From assembly GCA_951406725.2 (NCBI GenBank), contig OX597816.1:34100001-34164000 (forward strand): a stretch of 64,000 nt of DNA, given 5' to 3'. Position numbers and translations under genes: made by a program. How positions within the stretch are numbered: position 1 is the stretch's first letter; each line of letters begins with the position of its first letter. The notes under the pieces are model-generated. The model was not told where the DNA came from, ran no database searches, and saw nothing but the letters and a program-made list of their open reading frames with translations. This stretch comes from Octopus vulgaris. Its lineage: Eukaryota. Positions 57,040 to 64,000 of this stretch are shown here, piece after piece.

Positions 57040-57242
57040 AAAAAAGTACAGGTAGAAACAAGGACGAGTCATTCAGAGCTTCCTGACCTCAGTGGAGTTT
57101 CAGATCGTCTTTGCAGTTTCAGCCAGATAGACTCGAGACTGCTCCAATCTGGCCAGCCCTAAGAAAATCTAAGCTAAGAGCACTACACACATTGTAAGAA
57201 AGCAAGCGTATGTAAACGAAAACAACACGCGTAGCACACAGA

Positions 57243-57306
<64 letters not shown>

Positions 57307-57990
57307 AGTGTGAGAGAGAGTTACGTCTGATTGGAAAAACGAAAGAAGGAACTCCTGAACACATTTGGTAGAAGATACATAAATTATTAACGAAGGTCAG
57401 CTTTGCTGGGATCCATGATACACATCATACAATAACGTAAGTTGCATGGAACCGAATACAATTGTTATTAGATAATATATACAATGACATTGACTTTTGA
57501 ATACGCCTGTGTACGATTTTTGTGTATGCAAGTTTAAAAAGATAAACATTTTGGAACTATGTAGACCCGTGTTTCGTAACCCTGGTCTACATAGTCCTTA
57601 TGGAGCCAGAGAAGAGTTTCTTCTTAAAATTTGTTCGCAAAAAATTTCTCATACATCTACAATTCATTGACTATTTTAAGACTTTTTGTTATAAGGTTAC
57701 TAATAGTATGTAATTATAAAAATATATAATTCATTAAGCATCGAACAGCTGGTGGGGTCCATCCAAGTAAACTAGTAGAAATCAAAGGAGTCCATAGATA
57801 TAAATGGTTGAGAGCAACACTCTACATAGCACATGTCTTCATTTGGGGACCCGTTCATGAAAGATATTAGGCATTCGCTCGGCAAACGTTAAACGTATTC
57901 TGTACTAACAATGTTGATACTTGATGTCGATAGGTAATGGATATTTATTGGTCAACCAGAAATTTTTGTAAGGGCAATTCCAAGAATCTC
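57040..57990. mobile_element. Possible decayed Penelope-like relic
   Basis: Broken + strand peptides (GP..TSR, TMLILDV) in PLE RT motif order, plus a structured 150-bp piece at 57060-57190. Evidence is weak. Confidence 0.25.
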
Positions 57991-58051
57991 TCCCTCTATG
58001 TTACATGTGTGTGCGTGCGTATGTGTATGTTCGTGAGCATGTGTTTATATG

Positions 58052-59295
58052 TATGAAGGAGGTGGGGCTAAAATATTGATCGGCCCACTATGATAGAACG
58101 ACGGTGCAGCTCTGAAATTTTGTCATGCATTGATTTCACCTCCGCTTATAATAACGTTATGATTTCTTGCCGTGTAAACTGACATCTGATTGTTCTAAGA
58201 ACACTTCTAAAATAACTGCTAGTGATATTTTTTTAAATCGATTAAATTTGGCATCGACGTGTTATCAAGTACCTGCAGGAAACAGGTTTGGCCTCCAAGG
58301 ATATTTATTCTGACATAGTAACTAAATTATCATATGACGTTCCGTTATCATCAACTATGCAAAAGTGGACAACTGAATTAGAAGGAAGAGGGAGAGTCTT
58401 GGTCAAGGTCCAAACTATGAACATTTCTAACTATCACCACGTAGGAAAACATTGATCGTTTACACCGATGTTGATATAGAATAGCTCACTGACTATGAAT
58501 TAAATATACAACGTTATTAGCATATTCCGTGAGAGAGTTGTGAATATTCTGCAAAATGAACGTCACATGACGAAGGTTTCTGTTCGGTGACTGTTACATC
58601 TTTTGAAACCTGATCAAAAGCGCACAGGCTGACCACATCACGGGAATATTTGACATTTTTTGAGTAAGTTCCAGGCGGTTTCCTAAACCAGGATGAGTAT
58701 TGGGTTCATAACTTTGAGCCATTAACAAAGAGGCAACACACGCAGTATAAATAATTCTCCTTGTTTGTTCCGAAGAAAGCCAAGATCAATTAATCTCCAA
58801 AGAATGTGAAGCCCTCAGATATTTTTAATACCGAATGCATTGTGTTTATTTACTATATTCAAAAGGACCAGAACCTCGATGAAGAATAGAATGCCTACTT
58901 GCTGAAGTAGTTACGAATGGCTATCAAGACAAAACGTCGAAGAAAACCTGCGAAAGTTGTCTAGGTTCATCAGTGCAATGCTCCAGTATACGTGTCCTTG
59001 CTTTTAATGGCTGCTGTGTTTAACTGGCTTCAACTGGTTGATCAACTTCCTTATTTTCCTGATTTCGCTTCATTTGAAACCAGCGTCGCAGTGTCGATGA
59101 CGTAATATCTGCTCTTGATTACATTTAGTTACCAATAAGGTAAATGCTTCCTCACCAATGGGAAACAGGCACTCAAACACCGATATAAGCATTTTGTCGG
59201 CCGCAAGGGGAACTATGTTTGGAAATAAATCTGCTTCGGGTAAATTCCAAGAGCGTAACTCGGTCAGCCTATGAACTTATCAATCGACCCTTGTA
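58052..59295 (+). mobile_element. Full-length degenerate mariner transposon
   Basis: IWHRRVIKYLQ, MTKVSVR..HLL, QDEYWVHNFEP, HQ.NAP and PYFPDFA; end cagcctatgaacttatcaatcgacccttgTA. Confidence 0.82.
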
Positions 59296-60119
59296 TGACC
59301 CCGAGAGAAAGAGATATAGCGAAAAATTCTATGGAAGACAAGATATTCTTAAACGGAAATGCAAGTTATAAATACGTTTTCCATATTTAAAAGAAAAATG
59401 AATTATATTGTGAATGTGAATAACGACTGCCTAAGGATAGAATTGGGGCATAGATTAAATTTTCATAATTTACACTGAAATATGTTTTTTTTATGATAAT
59501 GTTAATTTGTTCTTTTCGTTTTGTTTTGTTTGTTTGGTCGTTTTTTTATTTTTTATTTAAAGAATACTGACTACTGCATTGTTTCTTCAAAATACAATAG
59601 AAGAGTTATTGAAATGAACTCGTACTTTTCATTATTCAATGTTCGCTTTCAATATAATTCTGTAGAACAATTGTTTTGTAACATAAAACAATTGTGCAAA
59701 TTGTACAATTTGACCTAGTTAAACATAAAGAATAAACCGTACTCGTTATTTCAAAATGAAAACTGACAAGTGGTACGAAAATTACAGTACACGTAATCAT
59801 TTTAATATATATTATTTCATGGGAATATAAAGTATTTTTATAGAAAATATTTTTCTGCTCTATATTATTTCAATCATTTTAGTTTTTACGAGGAATACAG
59901 GCATTATGCTTGATAAATTGGGTTGTTTATGGAATTGCTCTGAGTGTCGAGTGGAAAGGATTCCCCACTCCAATCTTTGAAAATTGATGTTTGATTAACA
60001 AAACCACATTTGCCTATAATCTTTATCTTCCTCATAAGAATTCTTTTCGAAAAATTGCTTTGATATGCAACACTAATATATTAACTGGCATTAAATTCAA
60101 AGAGATGTACGCAGATACG

Positions 60120-60243
60120 TTCCTTTCTCTTGAAGAGCGTAGACTCGAAACGTAAAAGATTTTCTCACCTTCTCGAGCGTTAAACTAATACATCTGTTTG
60201 CTCTTTATAATCCTGTCTTCGTCTTTTGATTTTCTGTAAATTT

Positions 60244-60250
<7 letters not shown>
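60120..60250 (+). mobile_element. Short pseudo-LTR-like fragment with a degenerate hammerhead
   Basis: CUUU CUCUUGA A GAG cguaga CUC GAAA CGU A AAAG, followed by gagcg..taatac as in the PLE pLTR; ends in (TA)n/(TG)n. Confidence 0.55.
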
Positions 60251-60311
<61 letters not shown>

Positions 60312-60526
60312 TGTTTGTGTGTGTGTGTGTGTGTATACAGGTGGCTGTACCACAAAGAAACCAGAATATTACAATATTATTTTATTCACTTATCACCTTC
60401 AGAGTATTCTCTATTTGAAGGGATGCAAGAGTCCAGACGCGTTTTGTACTGTTCAATGTATGTACGTATATATATTTACATCCATACATATATTTGTGCT
60501 TGTGTATATATAAATATTCATATTTG

Positions 60527-60685
60527 CAGGAGGGTTGTGTGATAAGAAGCTTAATTCCCAACCACATAGTCCCGGGTTCACTCTCACTGCGTGGCACCAC
60601 CGGCTAGTATCTTCTACTATTACCTTGGGCTGACCAGAGCCATATTGGTGGATATGGCAGAGGGAAACTAAAAGAAGCTCATCGT
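60527..60685 (+). mobile_element. tRNA-derived SINE
   Basis: ggttgtgtgataagaagc..cccaacca..GGGTTCActctc..actgcgtggcacc; related copies at 10255 and 14785. Confidence 0.7.
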
Positions 60686-60959
60686 ATATATATATGTATA
60701 TATATATACTTATATGCATATAGGCGTAAGTGTGTTAGAACTGAGACAATGCGCATTCAATATAACAATATTAATGATTTTTGCGTCAACAATACATCTA
60801 AATTCATCCCTTCCTTTCTCTTAGCATTTTTTCGTGGTGGGCGATAACATGTACTATTTTTCAACAATTCAGCGCATCAGAGTTTGCTCATACCCACATC
60901 CAAAAACTGGCACACCACATGCACGCACAAATCAGTGTTCCAAGCTTTTATTACGTCTA

Positions 60960-61431
60960 CTAGTATCAGATTTTGAAGTTTTTGGAACAGTTGTTAGACT
61001 TGTCGTGTGAAACCGAGTTGGGTGATTAATTGAGGCATAACTTCGCAATCACTTGTGACCATACCAAACACAATGATGCTGACTAGATATTTTATTTTTA
61101 TGAAACTTTGTACATGTTTTGGGGACAAGGTATGCCAAGGTGTGTTCTCTGTGTTCGCCATCTCATTCTGACAGAAAATTTTCTCGTCGGTGGAAACCTA
61201 GAACGTGTTCGGTTGGAAGGGATACTTGAGTTTGTTCAAAAGCTTCGTAGCACGGTCTTTTCCCTTGTCCTTGATGGCTTCGGATAAAAATTGTTTTTTC
61301 ATCTTGTGTGAGGAATACCGAATGTCTTCATGCACTACCTCCCTCATGAACAGCTCAGTCACTCCCATTACCCTCGCGATGCACCTAATTGATAGCAGAT
61401 ATCCTTGTTTTTCTATTCCACTGAAGCTCAA
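60960..61431 (-). mobile_element. Tc1/mariner-superfamily transposase relic
   Basis: Minus strand VVHEDIRYSS..KLLNKLK..STDEKIFCQ (FSDEK) and IIVFGMVTSD. Confidence 0.7.
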
Positions 61432-64000
61432 GAAATATGAAACAACTGGCTTTATTTATTAAAGTTGCAACAATTCATGAAATATTATTTAATACAGCAA
61501 TCATCTAAATCGTTATTGGGACTTTAGTATTGGTTGATATTACTGTAACGCTTTATCCTGCATTTCTAATGTAATCTGCGACTACATGATTAACTATTTA
61601 TTATGGTTATCTGGCTATCTGGAATTATTTTGCAGGAAATGTATATATACGTCCCTATTTTTTTCACGATCTTCTTACACAGTCGAATATCATCTCTGAT
61701 CACGATGATTAAGATAACCATTTAAGCGTCACCAATAGAATATTTCCTTTTTTATCCATTCTAATCTCACTTGTCTTGCCTTTATTTAAAATACAAATTA
61801 CTTTCATTTAAAGGAAGTATGATTTTTTTTCTTGAAGGACGATGTGACCAAACACATCTCCGTTTGTTGTTAAATTTAAAATCATGTTCGTCTCGCGTAC
61901 TAAGTCAAACTCTTGAAATATTATGGATAATCAAGGCAGAATAATCACCAACATAATCGTATGGGGTTTCGTATAAAAAAATAATTAGCAGAAGCTGAGA
62001 CATTTTGCCATGAAGAAAATTGTCAAGTAAACAAAGGTTGCGTTAAGAAATAGAATGTTGCTTAATTAACGTCACGAAAGAAAAGAAACGCTTGCTATGC
62101 AATGGAAGTATATTTTAATTAAACTAGTCACGAACTAGAAGACAGCTTAAAGCTCACATTTTATTTTTATTTTTTCACCTGATTACAATGAAAGTACAGA
62201 TATATTTTCAAACAAAGAAGTTTTTAGTCATCATATATATAACTAAATAACATAGCTGTATGCACTGTGTAACAGTAACATGTAGCTTTAAATAAGTGAA
62301 TGTTCACAGCATAGTAGACATTATATAAATCTTCATTGTAAATAACGTAAATTCGAGGGAAAAAATGATGGTGTGGAAAGATGTTTGATAATGTAAGAAG
62401 GACCTATTTGATAGACTTAGCTACACTATACTTGGAAATGATACTACTCTATCAAAACGCTATTTTGTCGAAAGGCATTCTTGTTATTGCCATTCTGAAT
62501 AATATGTGGCGAAAAAAATAACATAAATATCATTAACGAAATGCGCAATATATGGTTGATACTAAATCGCTATTTAAATTCGAAAAGAGATAGTTTACAA
62601 AACACAGCAATAATAGAGACGCTGATGGTGTGATCATCCAGTTATTTCGCCGAAACCTCATTTATTTCAAATGAATCTATACGTCTGTATTTTTGCATGA
62701 TTCTATAGAATCAATGAAACTATAAATTATTTAATAGCTCCAATAACGCTAGGGGGAAATTATATACCACTAGAAATGTCATATTTCAAACTGATTTTAA
62801 TAATAAAAATCATGTGAAGTATATAAAATCATGATATGTGCTTTCAGCCATTTCGGCTGATAGGGCAACTGGTTTTGAATAATATTTATAGCATTACTGT
62901 TGGAAAGATTCAAGTGAGTTCTATTATTTATTCTAGGAAGGAAAAACGTCATTTAGTCAATGGGCTTTCTATATATACATGAAGAGATGTGAATAGAATT
63001 TAGGAAATACTAAATGACATTAGAGTGATCAACCATCAATTTAAAATTTCACTATGAAACGTTTAGGCGAAATCAAATATGTATTCTAATTTGAAAAAGC
63101 TAGCTGCCCTGGTAATAAAAGCTTCATGTCGGATCTAGAGTATTATGAGAAGTTGGAGCATTTTGAGAAGTTAGAGTATTTGCGTGAAAGGAAGGGAAAA
63201 TGATTGTGATATACCAACAGTCTAAACCACTGAGATTTTCTGTATAAGGATGTAATTATTATTTTATCCCACACCTCATCTATCTCCATATGTTGGACCT
63301 AATTCGCTAACGCATCAATACATTTTCCACTTTTCTCAAACCTCATATTTTCTCCCATTTTACTTTTTCGTTTAAATTGCCTCCTTGTCAGGTTATCACC
63401 TTTATCTTTTTCTAATAGTTAACGAAATGAAGAACAAGACACTACCTGCACCACATTGTGCAAGCCTTATTAAATTCTATTCACGAAGAGCTTGGAATTG
63501 TTTCTCTCACCACCCTTCCGTCGAATGAAAGCAGAGCGAAATGTCGCGATGCAAGGTTGAGTTACTGGAAAAGCGAATTTGTGAATAACAATGAAATTTG
63601 ATCGGTAATAGATGAGTTACTTTAGAGAAACAACTGTAAAGTAATTAAGACCATGTGTTTAGAGAATTAAGATTAACCAAGGTTCAGTTAACTTATAATC
63701 CGATTAAATCATTTGCCAATCAGAAAACTGTATTATTAGTATGAGAAAGACACCATAGCATATGATTACGAAGAGGTGAATTGGAAAAAAAATTAGATAA
63801 CATACTTCTCAAATATATTCCACCTCTTTGAATCTCCATTTCAAAATCCATCATGGACAAATATGTTTTCAGGTTTCTGGTGTCAGTAAGCACAGTAACA
63901 GTTTAAGCCGATGGTCTGATAGAACTCTTCGAAAGTCTAAATGAAGGTTTTCTTATATTAATTTTGGATTTTTTAGTTCGAAATCCCACAGGAATTTAAA

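Noticed and set aside
61500-64000. Possible host exons in the non-repetitive tail
   Set aside because: No ORF of 60 aa or more and no recognisable motif; short exons cannot be excluded without RNA-seq.

Overview
Eukaryotic, AT-rich, microsatellite-saturated DNA with no host protein-coding exon I can support. The SINE families and the density of (TA)n/(CA)n/(TAA)n tracts resemble an octopod (coleoid mollusc) genome, which is an inference. The window is a transposon graveyard. It holds a near-complete Penelope-like retroelement (RT plus GIY-YIG, ~640-bp direct pseudo-LTRs, each with a minimal hammerhead-ribozyme-like motif), and R4/Dong-type RLE LINEs together with a ~555-bp non-coding partner element, all inserted in (TAA)n arrays. 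Also present are a Helitron with a 69-bp coding tandem repeat, many mariner relics and fold-back MITEs, a hAT/Buster relic, a Ty3/gypsy gag-protease relic, a CR1-like relic and several tRNA-derived SINE families. Most ORF-track entries are microsatellite read-throughs. The best leads are the variant hammerheads, the (TAA)n-targeted non-coding element with a recurrent inversion breakpoint, a long-TIR MITE enclosing telomere-like repeats, and a perfect 104-bp-arm palindrome. Coordinates of degenerate elements are approximate.
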